A DNA stretch of 64,000 nucleotides from Phoronis australis. Lineage: Eukaryota > Animalia > Phoronida. The DNA is taken from NCBI GenBank assembly GCA_002633005.1, contig NMRA01000180.1, positions 216,405-280,404 of the forward strand, in the 5' to 3' direction. Positions within the stretch are counted from its first letter, which is position 1; every line of letters begins with the position of its first letter. Under the pieces are notes generated by a model. The model was not told where the DNA came from, did not search any database, and saw only the letters and a list, made by a program, of their open reading frames with translations. Positions 9,721-21,895 of this stretch are shown here, piece by piece. A program made the position numbers and the translations under genes.

Positions 9721-12719
9721 GTGGTCGCTACCATTCCGTTTTTGTCGTCTGCTTCAATGTGCAACGAAGGAAATTGCTTAAATTTTTTCAAAGAAAACGG
9801 AATCTGAGTTACGACGAAGAAACAGAAGCTGCTGGTAAGAAGTCTTAGCGAATTACTCAGAAACTCATAAATCTCTCTTTGTCAAACATTGAAATTAATA
9901 CGATTTCCGAGTGGTTTTAACCATTAAAATGCCAACACGAAAATGGTTTTGGTCTTTTGGGCAACTGAAGACTATTTTAAACACAACAAGTTTTGCTACG
10001 AACTGGTTGTACAAAATGCAAAGCATGTAACAAACATTACGGAAAGATCGAACCAGGTTCGCGCGCAAACGCTGTGGACCACAAACAAGTAGGTCTCTTA
10101 GAAAACACTTGTAAGGGGATGCCTGGTGGCGCACGTGCGTTCTTGCTGACACTGAGGTCAAATTCGTACCCACTACAAATTTTCCAGTTTTACACGTTCA
10201 GTTTTTTTATGCTTTGATAATACTTCATAAATCAAGGAGAATACTTGTTTTAGAGACAAAAACAAGATTTTCTCTCCCCCCCCCATTCGGTGCTTACAAA
10301 ACGTAACGTTGCCCCCCCCCCACGTATGATATCCTAGATCCGCCACTGAGGAGTGTAGTGAAAAGCAGTTTATGAGCTGAATGTTGGCGATGGAAAAGTA
10401 TTACAGGGTTAGGAGCAGTGTTTTGTTTAATGACTTGGCCACACGAATTTCATTTATTTCGAGGCCGCGCGGAGCAGTGTTGTCCACGGCAAGGAGTCCG
10501 GGCTCCGGTAGTAGTAGAATGCCTGTGGTTAAATTAAATTCTTGTTGTGTTTTAAACTCTTTATTACCTTATGATTTGGCAACATATCAGGTTTTCTTCC
10601 TGAAGTTATTTCGCCTGAAGTTGCTTTTGTAAGAAGTAATTAGCCGTCGCTAACTGTTCGAAGTAGATCGCTTAGCAAAGTCGTCGGAGATCCCACATAA
10701 ATTTTGTTGAAAACACAACTATAAGCTTTTTGTTTGAAACTAGGAACCACTAGTCTTTTACTGGTTCCTAGTTTGAAAGCTTGACACAGAGTCACTCGTA
10801 TTGTGTCAAAACAATTCTCCTTTAGTTCAATGTGTGCAGCTAGGAACATAGCAGAACAACGGCGGAGAGACATAACAAAACAAACGAATCAAAATGTAAG
10901 CTGGTGTGTGTCTGCGTGTGTGATATGTTGTATAGTGAAAATACCTGGGGGTTGCACACGCCTAGTTCGGCACTTAGTACGCCCTCATCTGCCGTCTTCA
11001 AGTTGTCCACAAGAATTGATTTCCACGAGTTCAGAACATACCCTACGTCATATAGTGTGAAAATTACTAAAGCACATAATTAAAGAGCTTACCTTCTGAA
11101 GACAGGGACTTCAAAGTTTCTGATTGCGGATGAGCTCTGGCGACGCTTGACCAGTTGATCACAAATGATGGAGTACGACTAAAGCCACTGTATTGTTATT
11201 CAATGACGTGCTGAGGGCTAGACTATTTTTATGCGGGCCGACTCTATTCTTGGATCTCAGCGCAAGGCATTACTAAGTGCAACGTCTGTGGTTTTACCAG
11301 TACACAGCTAATTTTTGCGCATATTCCTGTTTTCAGACGAATGATACTCTGGGTGGTGGGTGGTTACCAATAGTTTCCACTCCCCGTGCTCGTGATTAAA
11401 CTCTATCTGACGTTCCTTAACAGGACAAATTTATGACGCACTTTAGTTTGTCGTTTCTTTCGATATTACACAGACTAAATATATTTCCACTTCAAACAAA
11501 GAAATTTACCTCATCAGATTACTTCACCAGAAACGATAGGTTACGAGCTTTTAGCTTCCAAAAAGCGAAATTCTATGAGACTTTTTACTCTCATTGCCAG
11601 AATGAGCGTGAAACTGTCATAGACTGGAGAACTACGCTTCAGGTTGACCAACACTAAAATGGCAAATTCGAAAATATGGCATTTACACATTGCAGGTGAT
11701 CTGGGTTAGTGGTAACGAAATTAGAATCATGTCAGGTAAGGAATATTATGAGACCAAGAGGTCTCATTCGATTTTCGTTTTTGCTGTTATAAGCAGGGCC
11801 AAATGCAGCTTCAACAAACATCAGGTGTTTTTCATTTTGCTCATCAGTAAAAATATGCCAGCCTATATATACAAACAATAAAGTGAAAATGTGTTTGTGA
11901 AGCAAGATAAACTATCGACTGCCGGCATGCTGTCCCTATAATGACCAGACAGTGACGTCACAAATATTTGCTCTGTCGTTATTGCCATCCCACTACTCCC
12001 ACCGACATAGAGAACTCTAATATAAAACCATAACCTAGAGCAACTACGAGCGGTGAAAGTGGACATTTAGCCACCGTCCGTCTTTTTGAACCCAAACACG
12101 ACCCTCTTGAACTTCTATTGTTTAAGGCTTGTCTTTAATAAATAAATAAATAATTCAAATAAAAATATTCATTTACATTCAAGAAAGTGAATGAATCGTC
12201 TGTGTAATATCAACTTTAACTACTTCTGTACCCCGTTGGCTTTTGAAATCCTTGTACTTATGTCTCCATGGCATTCATTTAAAAGGATACCAAACCCGGT
12301 TTTGGCCTGTTAACAGACACTAAAAGCGACTTGCTCATCCAGTTCTCTGAAACAAAATAATGTTCTGTAACCCTCGGCAACTCTGAAAAGTATGGAGGAA
12401 ATTTGAAAACTCTGGCAAGCGAGACCTACATTGTACTGCGACGTTTTTAGCGAATTGCACGGCAACTGAAAGACCACCCACCAATTAATGAAGCCAATCT
12501 GTGACACAATGAGTATGAGTTTTTAATTGATTCATGCCTTTAACTTAGAAGATTGACGCCAATGATGCATACTTAGCAGGAGACAGAACACTGAAGGATT
12601 GGTGGAAATCGTCAAAACAGGGTGTAGAATCCCTTCAAACTAGAGCAACGCAGTTGATATGCCCCTACCATTTGCATGGCGTACAACGCCACAAGAGGAA
12701 GCAATGTAGCCTCTAAGTC

Positions 12720-13245
12720 ATAGATACGTGCGTACCCAGATTGTAAATAGCTAGAGTGTACGTAGCCAACTTTACGTAAACAGCTGTACGTAGCCAACTT
12801 TACGTAAACAGCTGTACGCAGCCAGACGGTACGTAGCCAGACGTACTGTGCATAACCAGACTGTAAGTAGTCAGACTGCACGTAGCCAGACCGTTTGCAA
12901 CTAACCACACTGTACGTAGACAGAAAGTACGTGACCAGACTGTACGGTAAACAGACCGTTCTTAGTAGCCAGGCTGTACGTAGATGAAACCGCGTAACCA
13001 AGCTAGCTGGGTACGAAGCCACTGAGACTGTACAAGTGACGTAGACAATTTTACGTAACCAGACTCTACGTACACAGACTACTACGTAAACAAATTCGTA
13101 GCCAGGCTGTAGGTACGTAGGCAGCTAGACTGTACGTAAGCCAGGGTGGCGTAGCGACTCGGAGATCGACGTCCGTAGACACACTGTTCGTAACCAGACA
13201 GCACAGTACGGCCAGACTGTACGTAGGCAGACTGTACGCAGTCAG
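12720..13245. repeat. Degenerate minisatellite with a ~15-21 bp unit around cagactgtacgtagc
   Basis: Over 20 variant agactgtacgtagcc units, including a direct duplication of tgtacgtagccaactttacgtaaacagc. Confidence 0.85.
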
Positions 13246-15649
13246 GCTGTTAAAAGGGTATTTCTTTCCGTGGGACGATAAGCCCAGTGCAATACTTTGT
13301 AATCCCAAATTAATTCTAGATAGCTATGCAGGAAGTTGCGAGAGAGAGAGAGANGAGAGACGTTGCCTTGGCATAAGCTTCTGTGAGAAACGTACGTCTC
13401 ACGCTGTACTGTCTTCCAGCATACGGAGTCTCTTATTTCGACGTATCGAGTGCCTGGGCCAGCTATACATGTGGTGTACACAGATCTTCAAACGGGTACA
13501 GTACTGTTTGTAGGTAGATTAGTCCTATGTCCTTCGGACTGGCAAAATAAATAAACTTCTTGCCCCTTTTTTCCTATTATGAAGATGATGCTTTAAATCA
13601 GTAACGACTCTTTAGTCAATTATTTACAAAACGGTATTTTAATTTCCAATCTTGAGTTGTTTTTTTGTAACCGGTACCTGAAAAAAAAGAAAAACAACAT
13701 GAGATACAAAATTAGAAGCCATTCAGCGTTCTCCACGGCTAGGTTTGTCGATGCTCCCGTTTGGGTAACCTGCAACATACGGGCTTTGTGTTTGCCAGAT
13801 TGGCTGCCCGGTAGGTCGTGTCCAGTTACGCCTTTTCCAACACGGGTTCGGATTTTCATTCCGTGACTTACTATGTAGCATGTCATACATACTATCACGA
13901 AGAGATAATCTCTATACTATTTTAAAGTGTCTCACACAAAAACGGTTCTCGATGAGATCAATTTTATTTGATGACTTGAAAACATTTAGCCATTACAAGA
14001 AAGTGCCCATGGGATGTTAGTCAGTGCCAGCTGTAATGAAGGCTAAGGGTTAATACCGGCAACCCTTTCGAAATATTCTGTCGAAGTTAATTAACGACTG
14101 TCATCTCGGTTGTTGACTTAGGTAAACACCTGACCTGACACAGTTCACCCCGAACACTTGTTTACAATTGTACAGTATTTGAACCCAAAATGGAAAAATG
14201 TTGTGATCATCTACTATTTATGACCATAGCTCCACAGCAGCTACTGGAATGATGCACACGAGTCCTGAGCACTCGCGTACTGAGGAAACGCCGAAATGAA
14301 CGATGAATGGGAAACATCGGAAACTTTTGAACAGTTCAGTGACTCAATGGGCTAGTACTAAAACAATAATTATAAGAACCCCAGTGTGTCAGTGCACGAG
14401 CCTCGGTTTGCTTTTTGGAAAAAAAATGGAAAAAAGGACCCATCTGTGGCACATCTTGGCCACTTACGTCTAATATGAACGTACTTTTACCGGGAAGAAT
14501 AAGCGAGGAACTCGCACAGTCTAGTCGTGGTATCGAAACTGTGTGGAGTGAAATCGACCGCTGCACACGGAGTACTCGTGCGCGGCGGGGAACGGGTGCG
14601 CGTAAAATCGAAGATTAAGTATTTTATGGTGAAGTGCCAAGGCCGTGCAGGCAATATATTTACTGAAATTTCGGAAAATCATTGTATACATCGTTTCTTC
14701 GATTTCTCTCGCCGTCAAATAGTAAACATGCAAGCCAGTAGACGTAAACGAGTAAAGGCAGGCGACGGGACGAATAACCCCGGTGCGGCAGTTTCGTCGT
14801 TTTTCTTGTAGATGGACGGGATGCCAACATCCGGGCATCGTTATTGCAGCGTTTTAACGTATAGGTGACGTGTGATCCACACCAACTGTAATGATGTTGA
14901 AGCTCTGACGACAGGGCCAACACGGTTACAAGCGCGCGATTACAACTCCTGGCACGTCGTTTTTGTTTTGATGTCCAGGTTTGGCGCATCTGACATGTAG
15001 TTACTTGAACATGATCTATTATTAGTGACGATGTATGAACGTACTCTGATATGGAACACCGTCTCAAAAACCTGACATACTTCATTACCAAAACATACGA
15101 AATAAGTAATGACGAGTCTGTAAAGTATCTGTAGACACACTATCATATAGAGTATTGTCATTGTACAAATGTCTTGTGCCAAAGACCTCCGAAGAAATAA
15201 AAACTATTCTTATTCTATTCTATATATTTATTTCTTCACATTAAATAATTATTTCTTCACATTATAACTGATGCCATTCAATAACAGAAGTCAAAGGCTG
15301 ACAGGACTAGTAACACAGCTGCGGATTTATGATATCATAAGGGGGGCCCAACATATTGTCTAGCTAAATGATATGGGGGCTCGGATTCCTGAGAATGTGG
15401 ACCTCATACTAAAAACAACGGAGGACTAAAAAAAAAACGGGAAACCGATTGCACTGGTGGCCTGACNNNNNNNNNNNNNNNNNNNNNNNNNNNNNNNNNN
15501 NNNNNNNNNNNNNNNNNNNNNNNNNNNNNNNNNNNNNNNNNNNNNNNNNNNNNNNNNNNNNNNNNNNNNNNNNNNNNNNNNNNNNNNNNNNNNNNNNNNN
15601 NNNNNNNNNNNNNNNNNNNNNNNNNNNNNNNNNNNNNNNNNNNNNNNGA

Positions 15650-15816
15650 GCCCCCCCCCCCCCCCTCACACGCACGCACAAACTACTAAAGCTGCAAGTA
15701 TCGTTAAATCTTTTTCAGCTGCATGTTAATTACCGGGGTTAGTTAATTAACTCAATATCTCCTCACGCTCTTGCTTTTTTGTGGCAGCCAAGGGAGGGGG
15801 CCCTAAATCCGCCTGT
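15650..15816 (-). repeat. Inverted copy of the repeat at 9172-9360, cut by an N gap
   Basis: atgttaattaccggggttagttaattaactcaatatctcctc..ccctaaatccgcctg. Confidence 0.7.
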
Positions 15817-16243
15817 GTAACACTAATCACTATGAAAAGCTTTGGAGTTAGTAAAACACTGTTTCTTAGAGAATACTATACCCGGTTTATACCTACAAAC
15901 CAATATTAACAACTTTCCAATCCAGTCTAACACAAAATAATCCTCTGCAACACTCACCAACCCTCAAATGGTTGGAGCAAATTTTGAAAATTCTTTACAA
16001 AGTCTGTTAAAGGAGAAAGCATGACTAGTGCTTTTGGTGAGTTGATCAACTGCAGGGATATACAACCCAACAAAATTCATTCTTTGATAGCCAGTATATA
16101 TATTTTATTAGTTGAATCCTGCTTTTATCACCCAAGTGAGAAGTGTGCATAAGGGAAAACAGAATTAAAGATTGCTTGAAATCACCAAAACAGGGTTTAG
16201 CGTCTTTTTAAGTAGTGATGAAAATTTCTACATCATAATATGG

Positions 16244-17551
16244 TCAAAAGAAACTTTTGAAGAAGCGAGAAACAAACTTGACCCACGTTTGAACATGTCT
16301 ACTGTTGAGAGTTTTACGACTAATGTGGGTGGAACATTCATTAATATGAAGCTGCTCCTGGTGTAGTTTCTCTTGAAGGTATCGGTTTTTAGTTACTATG
16401 GCAACTTGACATTCAAGATCTCGTTGAACCGACCGATATCCCAGATTTGGTGATCCGACTAGGGTCAGTGATGGCAAAGTCGAGTTTGGTAGATAATACC
16501 AAAGTCCTTTCACATGAAACGTCCATTTGTCTCTCGAATACTCCGACAGCAATATTCTGCTGTGGGAATCAGCTTTGGTTATCTTGTCATAGAAACGTCT
16601 GGCTAACTGTGTGTAAGCTTGGGGTATTGCACCCGCAGCGCCACTAGCTCCAAAAAATCCCATGGCTTCGGGAGCTGCCATTAGGACATCATAATCAGCC
16701 CTAGATTGTAGTATAGTATCTTGATAATCTTCAGTCAAGTTGAAATATCCTGAGGCTAAATGTATTTTGCTACCAACAGCTGAGGTGCGGAATAGCTGCT
16801 TTGTAATTATTTCATCCTGAACCACTCCTAATGGACCCATCTGCACCAGAGGGTAAATCCAAGTGTCCGCAATCTTTGATCGCGTCCCTTTCGCAATCTC
16901 TCCAGATTCTGAATTGACTTCACTGTTATGCCTCTCTGTATACTCCTTAATGAAGGTGAAAATTTTCTCACCAGCTCTTGCTTTGAATAAAGCGCCACCA
17001 TCGCGGTCCTCATATGGATGATGTGGAAAACTTTGAGGCATGGACACAGTATTGTCAGGCATGAGGTGGAATGAAAACTCCGACACCCTATTCACTAAAT
17101 CATCCAGGAAATTTGCAAGCTCGGCACAATCCTTTATCACAATGTACCTGTCCTGTCGATTCGTGAAGTAATCGTTGCTGAGATTCGCCCCACTCATGAT
17201 GACAGTGTTGTCGAATAAATAGACTTTTAAATGTGATACGCCTATAGTTTCATTATACCGATCAGGCATAAACTGCTTGAGTAGCCCTCTCAAGTCAGGG
17301 GCATGGTATAGTGCAACCTGACTACTGTTGCCATATTTCTCCAATAGAGGGAGCAACAATGTACGTGAATTGACATCTCCTCGTGAGCCTCGTGTGAAAT
17401 CCAACAGAACTTTCACATTAAATTCTACATCTGAAGACTCCTTAGAATGGCATTTGTCCAAAAGAGCTTCAACAAGACCAGCTTCCAACTGCCCTGTTCC
17501 CAAGTAGAGGGACGCCAGAACAACACGTCGCTCTGCGTTCTTTATTCCATT
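16244..17551 (-). CDS. PGS1: CDP-diacylglycerol--glycerol-3-phosphate 3-phosphatidyltransferase, terminal exon (435 aa)
   Basis: Acceptor ttttcag|AAT. Motifs RRVVLASLYLGTG, LDFTRGSRG, LYHAPDLRG, RYNETIGVSHLKVYLFD (HKD), SGANLSNDYFTNRQDRY, ASGYFNLT, WTFHVKGLW and GSPNLGYRS..RDLE are all diagnostic of eukaryotic PGS1. Confidence 0.97.
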   Translation of the reverse strand, partial: NGIKNAERRVVLASLYLGTGQLEAGLVEALLDKCHSKESSDVEFNVKVLLDFTRGSRGDVNSRTLLLPLLEKYGNSSQVALYHAPDLRGLLKQFMPDRYNETIGVSHLKVYLFDNTVIMSGANLSNDYFTNRQDRYIVIKDCAELANFLDDLVNRVSEFSFHLMPDNTVSMPQSFPHHPYEDRDGGALFKARAGEKIFTFIKEYTERHNSEVNSESGEIAKGTRSKIADTWIYPLVQMGPLGVVQDEIITKQLFRTSAVGSKIHLASGYFNLTEDYQDTILQSRADYDVLMAAPEAMGFFGASGAAGAIPQAYTQLARRFYDKITKADSHSRILLSEYSRDKWTFHVKGLWYYLPNSTLPSLTLVGSPNLGYRSVQRDLECQVAIVTKNRYLQEKLHQEQLHINECSTHISRKTLNSRHVQTWVKFVSRFFKSFF

Positions 17552-19762
17552 CTGAAAATAAATGGCAATGAAAGAAGTCATTAAGATTCTAGCAAGACAT
17601 GCTCATTCAACTGCTTATAGCAAAAGCTGACTTGTGATATAATTACAATCAGTACATGTATAATTATTTCATATTTCATTTTTACTTGCTGACAGATGAT
17701 GTCTTCCGGAAGATTTTGAAGAAATTAATTTCTTCTCATACTCAGAGGTTTGGCTTACGGTTTCAATCTCCTTCACAGATTATGAAGCTTGATAAGAAGT
17801 ACGGTAGCACCTCATCAATTTAGGACACAATATGGAAGAAGAGTGAACTTTTACTTCTCATTTTGTCATTAAGAAGAAGCAGTGCCAAATTAGACCTTTA
17901 TTATTTTCAAGTTCTCTTTATAATCGTTGCTTCTAGGATCACGAGACAATACTGTGAAACAACAGTGGAGATTCACTACAACAATATGTCACTACACCCA
18001 GCATTTGTGACACATTTGAGTGGCCCCCGAAACATTTGAATGCCCCTCCAACAGGTTTGGATTTCTGTGTGAGAAAACCGCTGCTAGGTACTGTTTGTAA
18101 ATAGAAATTCTTATCCTTTTGCAAATAAGTTGTCATCAAACAGTTTTCAAAACAGAAGATGAACAACCACAAACATTCTGCATTGCTGAGCAGTAATGTT
18201 CAAGTATATCAGGTAACAATACAGATAAAAGTACAGCTAGTCTGCAAGTAGTTTTGCACAACAGAGAGCATCAGCTGTCGCATACTTCTGGCATGTTTGT
18301 CGACTTTTTTGCACTTATGCCACACTTCTGTTTTAAGTTGTGGAGAACATTGCAAACCCTTGGAAAGTAAAGAAAAGTCAATTTTTGGCAATACAACTAT
18401 ATTTTGGTGCAAAGTAGGTGAGACTTCACTGTAAATGCCATACTTGAATACAAAGAAAGAGGTTACATGGGGTGTTTTGGAAGGTGATAAAATGAGACAT
18501 CTTAGAATTCAAAGACCCTGAAGGGGAAGTACACCCACAAAAGGAGATATAATTCAGGAGACCTGTCCACTTCAAATTACCAAAAATATCCATTTAGAAT
18601 ACAATAGTAAACAGGGCTTGGAATGAACAATGACAAAACAGAGGAAAATTCTCCAAGTGATGTATCCTTCCACAAATAAATAGGCTTGTGTGATAATATA
18701 TACATATAACATATTTTTGTCGAAAGATTTAACTGAAATAAATCTTTTTGTACGAATAAAGTCAACATAATGACAATAAGAGATGAAAAATGAGGAAACT
18801 GGAAGTCAAATAAAAAGAAATCTAAACCAAATAGGAGGAAATCCTCTTAAAATAGGAAAATTCCAACCCCTGGGGAAAGCTTAGATGTTTAAACCATTTA
18901 ACAGCAAGGCTCGATCAGGAGACCTGCAGGTGACCAATGCAACCTCAGACTTTGTTTGGCAACCTGGTGAAAATCCCAAGACGCCTCAGTAGCCACATAC
19001 ATATCCCAGCCCATGTTCCAAATACTAAAGGAAGTAAACAAACGGGAATGGAAATTGCTTTGAAAAAACTGAAACAAACAAAAATCGAAATTCCTTGGAA
19101 AAATCTAAAAGGACCGTTTCATGACTCAAGCACAGATGAGTCCCAATCCCCTGCTTTCCCCTTAGATAGTTGAGCCTATACAGAATATTGGACACAAGAG
19201 TAAATTGGTCGTTAGCAAGCACACAATACACTCCTATTTTTCTGTTTGACTAAAAAAGACCACTCAGTTGATCTTGGGTGTTCTACAGGACATTTACTCA
19301 GTTGACCATTTCTTTAATTTAGAGATCTCATTCTTTTACTTCTGACCATTGCTAACTCTGGGCCGTTTGCAGGGGCCAGGACATTTACACAGGTCTGGTG
19401 AAGTCATTCCAGGTTTGGCAACCTAAGAATTTTGCCAGGTCGCATTTGACGAGTTGATATTACGCTAAGCGTCGGGTCCTGCACACACAACACAATGCTA
19501 AGCACACTAGGACTATTATTAATGTGCTACAATTGTATTTCTTCACCTTCTTACCATGCACCCTGGCGAAGACATGGAAAGTGGTTGTGTCACGTTGTTT
19601 AATTAATGAGACATCGTTTATACTGTATAAAGCTAGTAAATTTTTCATCATCAGTAAATACTTCAGTCCGCCTTCAAAATTGAAAAATGTTTATTTTGGC
19701 AATTATTTTGCACATGGAATAAGTGAAGAATCGGTGTGATACAACTAAGCATGTCTGCTTAC

Positions 19763-19876
19763 TAGCAGAGACTCATAAAACTCTTGAGGTTCACGCAGAA
19801 CCTCAATCTGACAGCCATCCAAACCAAACTCAGCGGTGGAGTCTCGAAGCCACGAAAATGTCTCAGACACATCCAT
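19763..19876 (-). CDS. PGS1: PGS1 first coding exon (38 aa; exon begins at 19886)
   Basis: ttgcag| acceptor at 19887, ATG at 19876, donor |gtaagc. It encodes MDVSETFSWLRDSTAEFGLDGCQIEVLREPQEFYESLL, matching PGS1 F.WI....PEFGV....V.VL..P.EFF..MK, with a phase-0 join to NGIK. Confidence 0.9.
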
Positions 19877-21895
19877 TGATCAGCACCTGCAACAGACAAA
19901 AATAAAAATGAATAATGGTAAAATAATAAGCATTTCCAATCTGCTAAGAAAAACACATTTTGGAATGGAATTGCACTAGTTCTTAAATCAACACTGAAAC
20001 AAACAAAACAGATCAGGATCAAACTTGTTCAGATCGGTTGGCCTACTTCTACATGTCATTGAGGATAGCACTCACTTGATCATGGGAGTGGCAATGATAA
20101 GAGTGGTAACCTTTAGCAGCAGTAAGCAAACAGTAATAATGGCTCCTATTTTTACCATGCCCGCCAGAAGGGGGCGCAGTGTTAGAGAGCTGCCGATTTG
20201 GGCTCAACAAAGGACTGCTCAATAAATTTTGATAACAGGAGTATTTGTTCGAGTTGGAAGGAATTGAAGACATCGGCGGTCTGCTTTGAAGAAGGACTGT
20301 CTCTCTATGAGCAAAATGTACTATTTACAATATGACTTTTATGTTTTAATCAATGCGAGGCATACTTGGCGGAAAAACTTCCAGCGTATGAAGCTCCTTC
20401 ATCGTCTCTTCTGCGACTGGTGCCAGCTAGAGACGGTGGTGGCTATCTACTACACCTACACGACTGCACTACTACAGACACAGTACAATACAGTCCAGAG
20501 ACAGGGGAGGATTGGTTCATGATGTTGTCCCATTAAAGAAAATTCCTAAAATGATACGTGTCTGTCAGTTTACTAGCATGTACTTTAGTGGTACAGCTCC
20601 CAGTAGCAGTGCATCGAATACAGCCCGATTTTACCCAGCCTTTTTACTCACCAGTTTCGTCTAACTCAGGAACTGTCATCAGCAGATCAGCTGATGAAAC
20701 ATGCGAGGCCTCAACACGCGAGGTCGCCCTTTATTTCCGGTAATCACAGCAGAGCCGTCTAGCGTTGAAATAAGATCGTTAGAGTCAAGTTCGCTTCCGT
20801 ATACGTAGTTACAAGTTTCACTTTCAAAGTCAAATGACAGAAGTAATGGCTCATTAGCATCGTTAACAACACAGTGTCAATACAGATATTCGTAAGTAGC
20901 GGTATGTGCTGACGCACACAGGTTTTGAGACACGGGGCTCTTTGATTGATTCAAGATTAAAGAACAGCGTAACTGGTCCGGGTGGCAGTGGTCCGGGTTG
21001 TTCAATGTAGGGTAATAGTCGGATAACTTGGTCCCATTTCAAATTCTGTCAGGAATATTTAAAAAATGAAATGAAGTGTCGCAATATACAATTGCCCACT
21101 CTCATGGATCACGCGCGCCACTCCACTCTCACTTTTTCGTGAAATCTACAACATTTGAGAAGATACGCGACAAATTATATTCGCCTCCCGAGCGTTTTTC
21201 CTCAATCCAAGATGTCCGCCAATGAACTCACGTTCGCGAGAGGACCGGCGTTGTTCTCGCGAACGGGGTCACGTTCGCGAGAGAACACGTGTTGTCTTCT
21301 CGCAAACGCAAACTAACTAACGTTCGCAAGAGGCCAAAAATGAACCCAATGAGAAAACGCAAAACTCCAACTTAGTTAAAAGAGATTTTTAAAAAAGGTT
21401 TTGTCGTTTCACCCGCTGATGACGTCATGCCCCACTATGCCAGGNGTGGTAACGATATCCAGAAAGCCCTACTAGTAGTGGAGTTTGCCTCGCAAAATCG
21501 TATAATTATAACGTTTCTTACCATTGCAGCGTTTTAATATCTTATTACCGCAAACACTGAGGTTAACGACTATGCTCACGCACAAGCCTACTCCCTACCT
21601 TTAAAGTGTTTCATAGTAAGCGCTCACTGATCTATTAAAAGTCCCCCCTTAAATTTTGAGAATTTCCAATTATAAGCGCCCACCAGTTCAAGCTAGCGCC
21701 CATCATAGCGCACTACAAACGACCGCGTGTGGTTTAAAATTGACACGCAGCTTATATGGTGTGTCACTTTCATTTTACACAGCTTCAGTTTTCAGAAACG
21801 TCTTTTCACAATATGTAAAAAGCAAATCCCGGCTTTGTTTTATACCGCGGAAAGAAAGTTAACACTAGTGACATTCGTGTAGTTTTTTGACTGAC

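Noticed and set aside
12612-13308. ORFs of 136 and 80 aa, and a CRISPR-like look of spaced repeats
   Set aside because: They arise from a degenerate minisatellite with no constant repeat-spacer structure, in a eukaryotic context with no cas genes.
17552-17581. ATG 17581 as the PGS1 start (445-aa ORF)
   Set aside because: MTSFIAIYFQ is intron pyrimidine tract; the homologous N-terminal exon is at 19763-19876.
21596-21622. YYETL-K-like sequence with a donor as a PGS1 exon
   Set aside because: It needs a frameshift, and the true homologous exon was found elsewhere.
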